Assembly: GCA_018334755.1 (NCBI GenBank)
Contig: JAGXLI010000001.1
Coordinates: forward strand, 21,023 to 85,022
DNA from: Thermoplasmatota archaeon
Lineage (GTDB): Archaea; Thermoplasmatota; Thermoplasmata; Halarchaeoplasmatales; Halarchaeoplasmataceae
Direction: 5' to 3'
DNA: 64,000 nt
Part shown: one piece after another, positions 30,201 to 38,272 of the stretch
How positions within the stretch are numbered: position 1 is the first letter of the stretch
How the letters are laid out: each line of letters begins with the position of its first letter
Program-made: the position numbers and the translations under genes
Notes under the pieces: model-generated
Databases searched by the model: none
Seen by the model: only the letters and a program-made list of their open reading frames with translations
Told to the model about the DNA's origin: nothing

Positions 30201-32182
30201 CCAGCACGGGAGAGACGGTTCAGTTCACGGACCAATCATCTGACAGCGACGGAAGCATAAGTTCACATTCATGGGACTTCGGTGACGGCTCGACCTCGAG
30301 TTCCGCGGACCCATCACACAGTTACTCATCTTCAGGCACTTATACTGTACAACTGACCGTAACGGATGATGAGGGAGCTACGGACACGGCTTCTCAGGAT
30401 ATCTCGGTAGGATCGAGCAGCGGCGGAGATGGATACAGTACGGTAAACGGTGGAGATACTAGCTATGGAGAGTACATAACGAACGTGCAGTTCAACGGGA
30501 TAAACAAGGACTCGGGAGACGACGGAGGTTACGCTGACCATACCGGAAGCGTGTCTAACAACGTAGAGCCGGGACAGCCCTACGAGCTCTCGGTGACGTT
30601 GAGCACGGAAGGTTACTCGGACTACGCTTCAGTGGCTATAGACTGGGACCAGGATCAAGACCTCAGTAACGATCAGGTTATAGAGATAGGCAATGGGAAC
30701 AGCGATCCGCTGACGGTAACGAAGCAGATAACCGTACCATCGGATGCGGCGGAAGGAGAGACGAGGATGAGAGTGATGCAGGAATACGACGGTTACCATA
30801 CCGATCCGACATCTGATCAGAGTTATGGAGAGACCGAAGATTATACCGTTTCAGTAGGTTCTAACAGCGGTGGAGGGAACACGGCTCCGGTCGCTGACTT
30901 CAGTTACAGCCCGACCGATCCCAGCACGGGAGAGACGGTGCAGTTCACGGACCAATCATCTGACAGCGACGGAAGCATAAGTTCACATTCATGGGACTTC
31001 GGTGACGGCTCGACCTCGAGTTCTTCTGATCCTTCTCACAGTTACTCATCTTCAGGCACTTATACTGTACAACTGACCGTAACGGATGATGAGGGAGCTA
31101 CGGACACGGCTTCTCAGGATATCTCCGTAGGATCGAGCAGCGGCGGAGACGGATACAGTACGGTAAACGGTGGAGATACTAGCTATGGAGAGTACATAAC
31201 GAACGTGCAGTTCAACGGGATAAACAAGGACTCGGGAGACGATGGAGGTTACGCTGACCATACCGGAAGCGTGTCTAACAATGTAGAGCCGGGACAGACC
31301 TACGAGCTCTCGGTGACATTGAGTACGGGAGGTTACTCGGACTACGCTTCAGTGGCTATAGACTGGGACCAGGATCAAGACCTCAGTAACGATCAGGTTA
31401 TAGAGATAGGTAATGGGAACAGCGATCCGCTGACGGTCACGGAGCAGATAACCGTACCATCGGACGCGGCAGAAGGAGAGACGAGGATGAGAGTGATGCA
31501 GGAATACGACGGTTACCATACCGATCCGACGTCTGATCAGAGTTACGGCGAGACCGAGGATTATACCGTTTCGGTAAATGCAGATGGATCAGGCGGCGGT
31601 AGCGGTGATGGATACAGCACGGTAAGTGGTGGAGACACGAGCGATGGGGAGTACATTACGAACGTGCAATTCAATGGGATAAACAAGGATTCAGGAGACG
31701 ACGGAGGTTACGCAGATCATACCGGAAGCGTGTCTAACAACGTAGAGCCGGGACAGACCTACGAGCTCTCGGTGACGTTGAGCACGGAAGGTTACTCGGA
31801 CTACGCTTCAGTGGCTATAGACTGGGACCAGGATCAAGACCTCAGTAACGATCAGGTTATAGAGATAGGCAATGGGAACAGCGATCCGCTGACGGTTACG
31901 GAGCAGATAACCGTACCATCGGATGCGGCGGAAGGAGAGACGAGGATGAGAGTGATGCAGGAATACGACGGTTATCATACCGATCCTACGTCTGATCAGA
32001 GTTATGGAGAGACCGAAGATTATACGGTCTCGGTAGGCGCACAGAGTACAAATGCAGTGGTTGAGGGATCGGCTGAGGATTTGAACTTTCAGTCAGCTGA
32101 TTCCTTCCAATCTCATCAAACAAATGATCTGAATCTGATTGAAGAAGCTGAGATAAGAGTTCCCGGTAAAACTACCATTTAA
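27224..32182 (+). CDS. secreted subtilisin-like (S8) protease with a fervidolysin-like beta-sandwich, three PKD domains and four GEVED-like domains
   Basis: Signal peptide. Catalytic motifs DTGIDYDHSAF, HGTHTSGSIAG and GTSMACPVTAGAAA. The PKD domains read FSYSPTDP.TGETVQFTDQS...SWDFGDGS...GTYTVQLTVTDD. The modules ending ...MRVMQEYDGYHTDPTSDQSYGETEDYTVSV match the GEVED-domain terminal signature. There is no C-terminal TM helix. The N-terminal pro-domain is paralogous to that of the giant protein. Confidence 0.85.
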   Translation: MREKVSFIVISLCMAALLVIGGVSTATFSSGPDTGTEKQTTGENHILIEKPKDFSPTEFNLEIVEDYGSTLLIEPDSGGIQLSSSDDFTVLNDNLNKIYLRRETINVNTEPSLQVAEGVEDGYYMIKTIGPVKPEWQETLEEEGEIVDYIPQNTYVMEISSSGLTNIREKDFVQWIGEYKPEYRISPELEDAEGNIKVTISCYRETFQVGTEVEEFGDVIKTGEETLTAIVDSSDIKDIANIKGISWIEKDTEMQLMNADAQWTVQTGNTGERSVWDHGLTGDGEIVGISDTGIDYDHSAFRDPDDNPIGFDHRKIVRYKAYADDHDLDESGHGTHTSGSIAGNDSPFGSNSNDGIAKDARLSFFDVGGDGDSLELPSDYSEIFQPAYDDGARVHSNSWGGQDSSYTSDAKDVDEFMWNNKDMLILYAAGNAGDGASTIGTPATAKNLISVGASGDGNREVSKNDMASFSSRGPTDDGRMKPEIVAPGAGGEGTYGDDDIISADSDGDLSTDNSGYTDMQGTSMACPVTAGAAALAREYFVKGYYPDGDVSNPSAALIKSVLVNSAEEITGSGAYANDDSYPNDDQGFGRIELENALEFSGDSEDLKVYDETSGLGTGETDTYTVGVEDTSQALEITMAYTDYPGSTSSSKALVNNLDLKVTAPDGSVYKGNVYSGKNPGQSTTGGSYDDLNPLENVLRLSPQSGEYTIEVIGNNVPEGPQPYALSLTGGFSSSGGGGNTAPVADFSYSPTDPGTGETVQFTDQSSDSDGSISSHSWDFGDGSTSSSSDPSHNYSSSGTYTVQLTVTDDGGATDTASQDLSVGSSSGGDGYSTVNGGDTSYGEYITNVQFNGINKDSGDDGGYADHTGSVSNNVEPGQTYELSVTLSTEGYSDYASVAIDWDQDQDLSNDQVIEIGNGNSDPLTVTEQITVPSDAAEGETRMRVMQEYDGYHTDPTSDQSYGETEDYTVSVGSNSGGGNTAPVADFSYSPTDPSTGETVQFTDQSSDSDGSISSHSWDFGDGSTSSSADPSHSYSSSGTYTVQLTVTDDEGATDTASQDISVGSSSGGDGYSTVNGGDTSYGEYITNVQFNGINKDSGDDGGYADHTGSVSNNVEPGQPYELSVTLSTEGYSDYASVAIDWDQDQDLSNDQVIEIGNGNSDPLTVTKQITVPSDAAEGETRMRVMQEYDGYHTDPTSDQSYGETEDYTVSVGSNSGGGNTAPVADFSYSPTDPSTGETVQFTDQSSDSDGSISSHSWDFGDGSTSSSSDPSHSYSSSGTYTVQLTVTDDEGATDTASQDISVGSSSGGDGYSTVNGGDTSYGEYITNVQFNGINKDSGDDGGYADHTGSVSNNVEPGQTYELSVTLSTGGYSDYASVAIDWDQDQDLSNDQVIEIGNGNSDPLTVTEQITVPSDAAEGETRMRVMQEYDGYHTDPTSDQSYGETEDYTVSVNADGSGGGSGDGYSTVSGGDTSDGEYITNVQFNGINKDSGDDGGYADHTGSVSNNVEPGQTYELSVTLSTEGYSDYASVAIDWDQDQDLSNDQVIEIGNGNSDPLTVTEQITVPSDAAEGETRMRVMQEYDGYHTDPTSDQSYGETEDYTVSVGAQSTNAVVEGSAEDLNFQSADSFQSHQTNDLNLIEEAEIRVPGKTTI
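29433..31592 (+). repeat. three direct tandem copies of a 720-bp unit, more than 95% identical, each encoding one PKD plus one GEVED-like module; a fourth partial copy (GEVED only) extends to about 32040
   Basis: Units start near 29433, 30153 and 30873 with nearly identical strings (ggaaacacggc[gt]cc[tg]gt[ac]gctgacttcagttacag...). The antisense shadow ORFs 30332..30541 and 31052..31261 are identical as a consequence. Confidence 0.85.
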
Positions 32183-32226
32183 ACCCTCTTTCTAAATTTT
32201 AATAATTTTTTATTTAAAAGAAACTA

Positions 32227-32289
32227 CACGAAGGTGGTGATACCTCCCTCATTTTTTATATATTCTTATTACGAATCTCCACCTTCGTG
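32227..32289. promoter_or_regulatory. perfect 11-bp inverted repeat (CACGAAGGTGG ... CCACCTTCGTG) flanking a 41-nt T-rich spacer that contains a T6 run; terminator-like or a bipartite protein-binding site
   Basis: Read directly from the sequence. It lies 45 nt after the S8 stop codon (32182). The oligo-T is consistent with archaeal termination. Confidence 0.4.
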
Positions 32290-32348
32290 CAGGATTCTTA
32301 ATCTGTATCATGCAATCTAGTTTTGATAAGACTTCTTCAAAATTGTAG

Positions 32349-32368
32349 ACAAATATAACAATATTTGT
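32349..32368. promoter_or_regulatory. palindromic operator-like site ACAAATAT-aaca-ATATTTGT upstream of the isochorismatase gene
   Basis: Perfect 8-bp arms with a 4-nt spacer, about 95 bp upstream of the start at 32463 and next to a 14-mer (TTACATACAATTTT, 32376..32389) repeated at 34412..34425. Confidence 0.35.
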
Positions 32369-32462
32369 GTGTTATTTACATACAATTTTGTTATAAAATC
32401 GTTTTTTTGATAGTCTGGCAGATGAGAGAAAGGATGAAAAAATGTATATGAGTTGAAAATGA

Positions 32463-33134
32463 TTGGTCACAATAGGAGAGGTCGCAGTGGAAAAAAAGTC
32501 CCCTTTGAAAGATCTGTATTCCCCGCTGACTCGAGAAGAACTATCCGAGGGAAAATTGGCTCTCATAATCATAGATATGCAGTACAATATAACCGCCCAG
32601 GGACACGGGGTTTTGAAGCACGCGAAGGAGTTGGGAGTTAGAGAGGGATACGAATATTATCATGATCGGATCCAGAATGACATAATTCCGAATGTCCAGG
32701 AGCTCCTCAAAAAGTTTCGAGAAAGTGAAAAGATTATCGTATTCACGAAGATCAGGTCGACTTCTTTTAACGGAAAAAAGGAAGATATCGACTCTGAAGG
32801 ATCGGATTCAAAGGAAGGTGTGATACTAAAAGAGGTCGAGCCGACGGAAAACGACGTTGTAATAACAAAGGATGATCCTGACATCTTTCAAGGTACGGAG
32901 CTGGATTCACACCTTAGAGAGAGCGGTGTGGATACTTTGGTCATCACTGGGGTCCTGACGAACGAATGCGTCGAGGCGTCGGTCCTTCAGGCCGTGGAGA
33001 ACGATTACAGGGTCATCTTGGTTGAGGATTCCACCGCCGCTTTCTCCGAAGAGATCCATGAAAAAGCATTAGATCTCATCCAAAAGAACTCCACTATAAT
33101 CACCTCGACCGACGACATATTGAGATTAGTGTAA
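32463..33134 (+). CDS. isochorismatase-family cysteine hydrolase
   Basis: LALIIIDMQ...; VITGVLTNECVEASVLQAVENDYRVILVEDSTAA carries the catalytic Cys in a TNxCV context. Confidence 0.75.
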   Translation: MVTIGEVAVEKKSPLKDLYSPLTREELSEGKLALIIIDMQYNITAQGHGVLKHAKELGVREGYEYYHDRIQNDIIPNVQELLKKFRESEKIIVFTKIRSTSFNGKKEDIDSEGSDSKEGVILKEVEPTENDVVITKDDPDIFQGTELDSHLRESGVDTLVITGVLTNECVEASVLQAVENDYRVILVEDSTAAFSEEIHEKALDLIQKNSTIITSTDDILRLV

Positions 33135-33305
33135 AGGCCTAGGGGTATGGATTTAAGCGCTCCCCTATAGAGAAAAACAGGATGATCCCCAGGCCCATGA
33201 TTATTATATGTGTTATAAGGGTGAGGATTTGATAAATTGTTTTTTCAAAATCTATTATGATTCTCGTACTTTTTATGTAAGTATTAATTACAAAAGAGGT
33301 GCAAT

Positions 33306-34295
33306 TTACTCGTCGACTTCGTACGAAGACAATACGAGCCCTTTCACCTTTTTTTCCTCATCCTTGACCGGCTCCAAAGCCCAATATATGCCGTCCTGGT
33401 CAGTCTCCTCCGAGGCGAGAAGATCTCTGTCTTTGATGGACATGGATTCTCCCTCATCTATCACTTCTTGGAAGATCCTGTTATTCTCTCCGTCCGGGAA
33501 CAGATCGAAGTGGTTCATACCGACGAGCTCTTCAGGAGAATGATCAGTGTTCTTCGCATAGGCTGAATTGACGTAGGCCAGATCAAAATCTAAATTCAGA
33601 TATGCCATCATGACCTCGGAATGGTCCATAAGAGCCTTCAAGATATCTTTCTGCTTTGTCTCTCTGGTGATATCTTTCACGAGGAGAGAGAAGCCTTTAT
33701 CTCCATCTCCGTCGAAGTGAAAATAATCCATGGTGACGATGACGTTTTTCGTTTCTCCAGACTTTGTTTCTATATTTATCATCTCTTCGATGAACTCGTC
33801 CTTTGCTAAAACTTCCTGTTCCAGGTCCTGGTGTATATCAGATTCTAACAAGGCCTCTACATTTTTACCGAGCAGATCTTCATCTTTGTATCCCGTTATC
33901 TCTTCGGCACTTTTATTGATCAGGATTACGTCCTTGTTTTCATCCAGCAGGATCAGCCCGTCATGGGTCTGTTCCACGACCTTTTCGTAAAGTTTTGGAG
34001 ATTTAGAGACGGTCTCGAGTTTCTTTTTCATCTTCTCCAGCATTTCGTAATTCTCTTCCATCTTTTGGGTTAAAAGATACACTTTCCCGTAACCTTCGCC
34101 GGAAGGTTCGATCAGGTCATACTCCAATAGTCTATTGATGTGGTGTTCGATGGTTCGATAATTGAGGTCCAGTTCGTTGGACAGTTGATTGAGATTGTAA
34201 GATCTCTCTTTAAGAAGTTCCAATATCTTGATCCGATTCTCCCCACCCTGCTGACCGAGTATAAGATATGAAAGTTCTCGTTTGAGCTTATCCAA
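33306..34295 (-). CDS. winged-HTH plus PAS transcriptional regulator (paralog 2)
   Basis: LSYLILGQQGGENRIKILELLKERSYNLNQLSNELDLNYRTIEHHI is the HTH. The PAS domain reads ILINKSAEEITGYKDEDLLGKN. It is about 80% identical to the neighbour 34487..35494. Confidence 0.75.
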   Translation of the reverse strand: MDKLKRELSYLILGQQGGENRIKILELLKERSYNLNQLSNELDLNYRTIEHHINRLLEYDLIEPSGEGYGKVYLLTQKMEENYEMLEKMKKKLETVSKSPKLYEKVVEQTHDGLILLDENKDVILINKSAEEITGYKDEDLLGKNVEALLESDIHQDLEQEVLAKDEFIEEMINIETKSGETKNVIVTMDYFHFDGDGDKGFSLLVKDITRETKQKDILKALMDHSEVMMAYLNLDFDLAYVNSAYAKNTDHSPEELVGMNHFDLFPDGENNRIFQEVIDEGESMSIKDRDLLASEETDQDGIYWALEPVKDEEKKVKGLVLSSYEVDE

Positions 34296-34486
34296 TGTTT
34301 AACCCCTTTGGATATTTCAATATATCTAAAAAAGATAGATACTTTTTATAAGGTAATTTTTCACAAATACATGATAATTTCCATGCAAATCTTATCATAA
34401 TTAGACACAAATTACATACAATTTTTAATAAAATAGATTCAGAATATTATTTTTCAGACCCCGTTCGGAATACAATCGCTAAACGC

Positions 34487-35494
34487 TCAGGGAGGTACCT
34501 TGAACAATGATAGTACGAGCCCTTTAACACTGTCTTTCTCATTTTTGACAGGTTCTAAGGAACAATATATATCCTCATCATCACAACCCTCCGGCTCGAA
34601 TAGGCCACTATCCTCGATAGACTTAGGTTCCCCCTCCTCTATCACACCTTGGAATATCTTTTTTTTCTCTCCGTCCGGAAACAGATCGAAGTGGTTCATA
34701 CCGACGAGCTCTTCAGGAGAATGATCGGTGTTCTTCGCATAGGCTGAATTGACGTAAACAAGATCAAAATCTAAATTCAGATATGCCATCATGACCTCGG
34801 AGTGATCCATCAGGGCATTCAACACCTCTCTCTGCTCCGCCTCTCTGGTGACATCTTTGATTATGAGAGAGAAACCTTTATCTCCATCTCCGTCGAAATG
34901 GAAATAGTCCAAGGTGACGATGACGTTTTTCGTTTCTCCAGACTTTGTTTCTATATTTATCATCTTTTTGACGAACTCATCCCTTCTCAAGACCTCCTCA
35001 ACTAGGTCCTGGTGGATATCTGAATCTAACAAGGTCTCTATATTTTTACCGAGCAGATCTTCGTCTTTATATCCGGTTATCTCTTCCGCGCTTTTGTTTG
35101 TGAGTATGATATCCTTGTTTTCATCTAAAAGGATTAACGCGTCGTGTATCTGTTCTACGACCTTCTCGTAAAGCTTTGGGGATTTAGAGACCGTCTGGAG
35201 TTTACCTTTCATCCTCTCTAACATATCGTAATTTTCTTCCATCTTGGGACTGAGAAAATACACCTTCCCGTACCCTTCGCCGGACTTATCGATCAGATCG
35301 TACTCTGACAGTATATCTATATGATACTTGATAGTTCGATAATTGAGGTCCAATTCGTTGGACAGTTGATTGAGGTTGTAGGACCTTTCTTTAAGATGTT
35401 CTAGAATCTTGATCCGATTCTCCCCGCCCCGCTGTCCCAACATCAGGTAGGATAGATTCTGCTTAAGGCTACTCATCTTTGGACCCAACAGCAC
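34487..35494 (-). CDS. winged-HTH plus PAS transcriptional regulator (paralog 3)
   Basis: The architecture matches paralog 2. The likely start is the internal Met of MSSLKQNLSYLMLGQRGG at about 35476. Confidence 0.75.
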   Translation of the reverse strand: MLLGPKMSSLKQNLSYLMLGQRGGENRIKILEHLKERSYNLNQLSNELDLNYRTIKYHIDILSEYDLIDKSGEGYGKVYFLSPKMEENYDMLERMKGKLQTVSKSPKLYEKVVEQIHDALILLDENKDIILTNKSAEEITGYKDEDLLGKNIETLLDSDIHQDLVEEVLRRDEFVKKMINIETKSGETKNVIVTLDYFHFDGDGDKGFSLIIKDVTREAEQREVLNALMDHSEVMMAYLNLDFDLVYVNSAYAKNTDHSPEELVGMNHFDLFPDGEKKKIFQGVIEEGEPKSIEDSGLFEPEGCDDEDIYCSLEPVKNEKDSVKGLVLSLFKVPP

Positions 35495-35585
35495 TTAATA
35501 TGGTCCCCCTCAGTATATAGACTTTTTCCAAAAGCCGTCTGGATAGGTCTGCGCGCTATTTTAATAGGGGGGTCGCGAGAGTAAA

Positions 35586-35596
35586 GGTATAAATAC
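35586..35596 (+). promoter_or_regulatory. TATA-box-like element GGTATAAATAC upstream of msrA
   Basis: About 40 bp upstream of ATG 35632, in the divergent intergenic region shared with HTH-PAS paralog 3. Confidence 0.35.
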
Positions 35597-35631
35597 GACG
35601 AAAGACAAGTTCAATGTGGTGATCTAAGATC

Positions 35632-36318
35632 ATGATTTTCGGAAGAGATGGAGAGGAATTGATAACCGGAGAGGTCCCTGCTTTGGATAGAGACCCTCCG
35701 GAGGAAACGAAGACGGCCACCTTTTCACTCGGCTGCTTCTGGGGACCGGACGCAACTTTCGGCTCCTTACCTGGTATCGTAAAAACAAGGGTGGGCTACG
35801 CGGGTGGAGAAAAGAGAGATCCAAGTTACCGGAGCCTTGGAGGTCATACCGAGACCCTACAGGTGGATTACGATTTGGAGAAGATGAACTATAAAAGATT
35901 ATTGAACATCTTCTGGGATCGGCACGATTTCACGCGAAGTAAGAAAGCCCAGTACAGGTCCATGATATTTTTTCACGGAGAGGAACAGAAGGAGATCGCC
36001 TCTAGATCAAAGAGGAAAAAGGAGAAAGAAGTACGAGGCGATGTGAAGACCGTCATCAGAGGATACTCGGAATTCCATATGGCCGAAGATTATCACCAGA
36101 AGTATCATCTCACCAAGAAGAAGGCTCTACACGATGCGCTTAGGAACGTCTATACCGATATAGAGGACTTCATAGATTCTACTGCAGTAGCAAGGGCTAA
36201 CGGTTACGTATCGGGCCACGGAGATATCTCATCAGCAGATGATCTCAAAGGGCTGGGATTGAACGAAGAAGGACGAGAATTTTTGTATGAAATTTGGAAG
36301 AAAGTGAGAGGTGTTTGA
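35632..36318 (+). CDS. msrA: peptide-methionine (S)-S-oxide reductase MsrA with a roughly 60-aa C-terminal extension
   Basis: Catalytic GCFWG motif in ATFSLGCFWGPD, followed by GYAGG. TATA-like GGTATAAATAC lies about 40 bp upstream. Confidence 0.9.
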   Translation: MIFGRDGEELITGEVPALDRDPPEETKTATFSLGCFWGPDATFGSLPGIVKTRVGYAGGEKRDPSYRSLGGHTETLQVDYDLEKMNYKRLLNIFWDRHDFTRSKKAQYRSMIFFHGEEQKEIASRSKRKKEKEVRGDVKTVIRGYSEFHMAEDYHQKYHLTKKKALHDALRNVYTDIEDFIDSTAVARANGYVSGHGDISSADDLKGLGLNEEGREFLYEIWKKVRGV

Positions 36319-36321
36319 ATC

Positions 36322-36777
36322 ATGGACGAAGAAGATTTCGAAAAACCGTCGGACCAGGAACTGAGAGAGATGCTGACTCCGAAACAGTACGAAGTTACCC
36401 GGGAGAAAGGCACGGAACCGGCTTTCAATAACGAGTACTGGGATAACGAAAGGGAGGGCATCTACGTCGACCTTGTCTCTGGAGAGGTGCTTTTCAGTTC
36501 CAAAGATAAATTCGAGTCGGGCTCTGGCTGGCCGAGCTTCACCAAGCCGTTGGAGCCGGAGAATGTAGTGACGAAGAAAGAAGACGGTATACTCGACAGG
36601 AGGACTGAAGTCGTCAGTAAGAAGGCGGGTTCCCATCTCGGGCACCTGTTCAAGGACGGTCCACCTCCTACGGGTAAACGCTACTGCATGAATTCCGCCG
36701 CTCTAGAGTTTATACCGAAAGAGGAGATGGAAGAGGAAGGATACGGAGATCACCTTGAAATATTCGAAGAGGACTGA
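36322..36777 (+). CDS. msrB: peptide-methionine (R)-S-oxide reductase MsrB (no CxxC zinc motifs)
   Basis: GSGWPSF and RYCMNSAAL motifs. The start lies 4 nt after the msrA stop, so the two are probably an operon. Confidence 0.9.
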   Translation: MDEEDFEKPSDQELREMLTPKQYEVTREKGTEPAFNNEYWDNEREGIYVDLVSGEVLFSSKDKFESGSGWPSFTKPLEPENVVTKKEDGILDRRTEVVSKKAGSHLGHLFKDGPPPTGKRYCMNSAALEFIPKEEMEEEGYGDHLEIFEED

Positions 36778-36792
36778 ATTCTCTTAAAAAGA

Positions 36793-37455
36793 TCAGTCCT
36801 TTTTACCTAGTAATTTCCTGCTTTTCTTCTCCCGTGGAGAGTCCCGATCCGTCATCCTGTCGAAGAACGCTGGAGATATCACTGCACAAAAGATGACTAC
36901 AGAGATCAAGAGCAGGATCGCCGTGGGGTAATACAAATTTCCGATAGATTCCGGGGTAACGTCGATCACCGCCGTTTTCCTGTCCATCGGCAGACCCATG
37001 TTCAACAGCTTTATGTTGAAGGTCATCACCGCGGTAAAGGTATGTATCCCGCTTTCAGCTTTCCAAAAAAAATCGAAGGTCTCACTGCTGTTGCTTTTTA
37101 GACTAAAATTCGTCCAAGAGATCAATATATCTTCAAAATGCATCAGCGTGACGTTAACGCTCTCAACGATCGTAAGATTGCTCAGATCTATCGTTTCGTT
37201 GTTAGTTATAGTCAAAGAGATCGTTATGTTGTCTCCTTCTCTCGGATTGTCTTTTGAGAAAGTTATGTTGGAGATGGTGATATTGAAGCTTTCCTGGCCC
37301 GGCTGATCTTGGGCTGGTTCTATCTGATCTATCTTTTGTCCAGCATCTCCGAGAGCGGGTGTCGATACGGGGATTAAAAGCATCACCGCGATCATCAGTG
37401 CCAATATAACAGGACCGCGGAGACCGACTTTTGCATCTCTCGATATCTTCATCAT
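36793..37455 (-). CDS. membrane-anchored CARDB/Ig-like domain protein, probably an accessory subunit of the downstream ABC-2 transporter
   Basis: N-terminal TM/signal sequence, an NxT-rich beta-sandwich (NITISNITFSKDNPREGDNITISLTITNNET) and a C-terminal TM helix. It abuts the permease gene. Confidence 0.5.
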   Translation of the reverse strand: MMKISRDAKVGLRGPVILALMIAVMLLIPVSTPALGDAGQKIDQIEPAQDQPGQESFNITISNITFSKDNPREGDNITISLTITNNETIDLSNLTIVESVNVTLMHFEDILISWTNFSLKSNSSETFDFFWKAESGIHTFTAVMTFNIKLLNMGLPMDRKTAVIDVTPESIGNLYYPTAILLLISVVIFCAVISPAFFDRMTDRDSPREKKSRKLLGKKD

Positions 37456-37456
37456 A

Positions 37457-38272
37457 TCACTCCATCCTCCTCTCTATAGAGATCCATAAGCCGACGAAGA
37501 ACAATCCTATGGTATATGCGAACATCACGCCCAATCCCGTGTAGAAATCAGGTGAAAACCGTGTGATCCCGCCGCCGGGACCACCCCCAACTTGGGTGGT
37601 CGCGGAGAACACGTCGGTTATCAGACCGGCGGAGTAAGTCACTATGTACCACGGTTCGGTCTCTACTAGGAATTGAAGTACGTTGCTGATTATCGGCAGT
37701 ATCATCATCAGAGAAAAAAAGCCCAGCAGGGTAGAAGTTATCTTCCTCTGAAGTATACTGCTGAAGAGGAAAACTACGCTTACCGCGCTCGTCGAGTATA
37801 TCAGAGCCACAAGAAAAGATTTTAGGAAATCTAGATTCAGAGCGCCTAACCCATATATGCCCACTACTTCGCCCGTAACGGTCAAGTAATATATGGAGAC
37901 CACGAGCATGGTGGGGATCAACGCACCTATATACTTACCGATAAAGATGGTCATGTGTCTCTGCGGCGTCGGGAACAGCAGAAGCCCGGTCTTCTCTTCG
38001 AACTCGCCCGAAACCGCGTCTCCAGCGAAGAGTGAACCGGCGATTATTATCAAAAGACTTACGAACTCTAAGTTAAGACTGGCGAACCGCTCTGCGGTAT
38101 CCGGAAAGTCGGCCCAGATCTTCGGAACGACGTAGAATATCAGCGGTAAGATCACCGCCAATGAGAATGATATGATCACCCTTTTCCTTTTGAAGTGCTT
38201 CTCCAACTCGAACTCGATAGTGAGCCAAGTGTTCCTGACGTCCTCACAGATATCATCTTTGATCGACTTCAT
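37457..38272 (-). CDS. ABC-2 family transporter permease
   Basis: Six predicted TM helices. It overlaps the ATPase gene by 4 nt. Confidence 0.6.
   Translation of the reverse strand: MKSIKDDICEDVRNTWLTIEFELEKHFKRKRVIISFSLAVILPLIFYVVPKIWADFPDTAERFASLNLEFVSLLIIIAGSLFAGDAVSGEFEEKTGLLLFPTPQRHMTIFIGKYIGALIPTMLVVSIYYLTVTGEVVGIYGLGALNLDFLKSFLVALIYSTSAVSVVFLFSSILQRKITSTLLGFFSLMMILPIISNVLQFLVETEPWYIVTYSAGLITDVFSATTQVGGGPGGGITRFSPDFYTGLGVMFAYTIGLFFVGLWISIERRME

Noticed and set aside
30332-31261. Identical 69-aa minus-strand ORFs 30332..30541 and 31052..31261
   Set aside because: They are antisense shadows whose duplication reflects the 720-bp repeat.
29433-31592. Possible CRISPR-like or tandem array
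   Set aside because: The 720-bp units are far longer than CRISPR repeats, have no spacer alternation, and are perfectly in frame within an S8 protease, so they are coding domain repeats.
33208-34295. Plus-strand ORFs 33208..33543, 33621..33809, 33730..33990 (and the analogous 34500..35171)
   Set aside because: They are antisense to the HTH-PAS regulator genes, with Ser-rich low-complexity translations.
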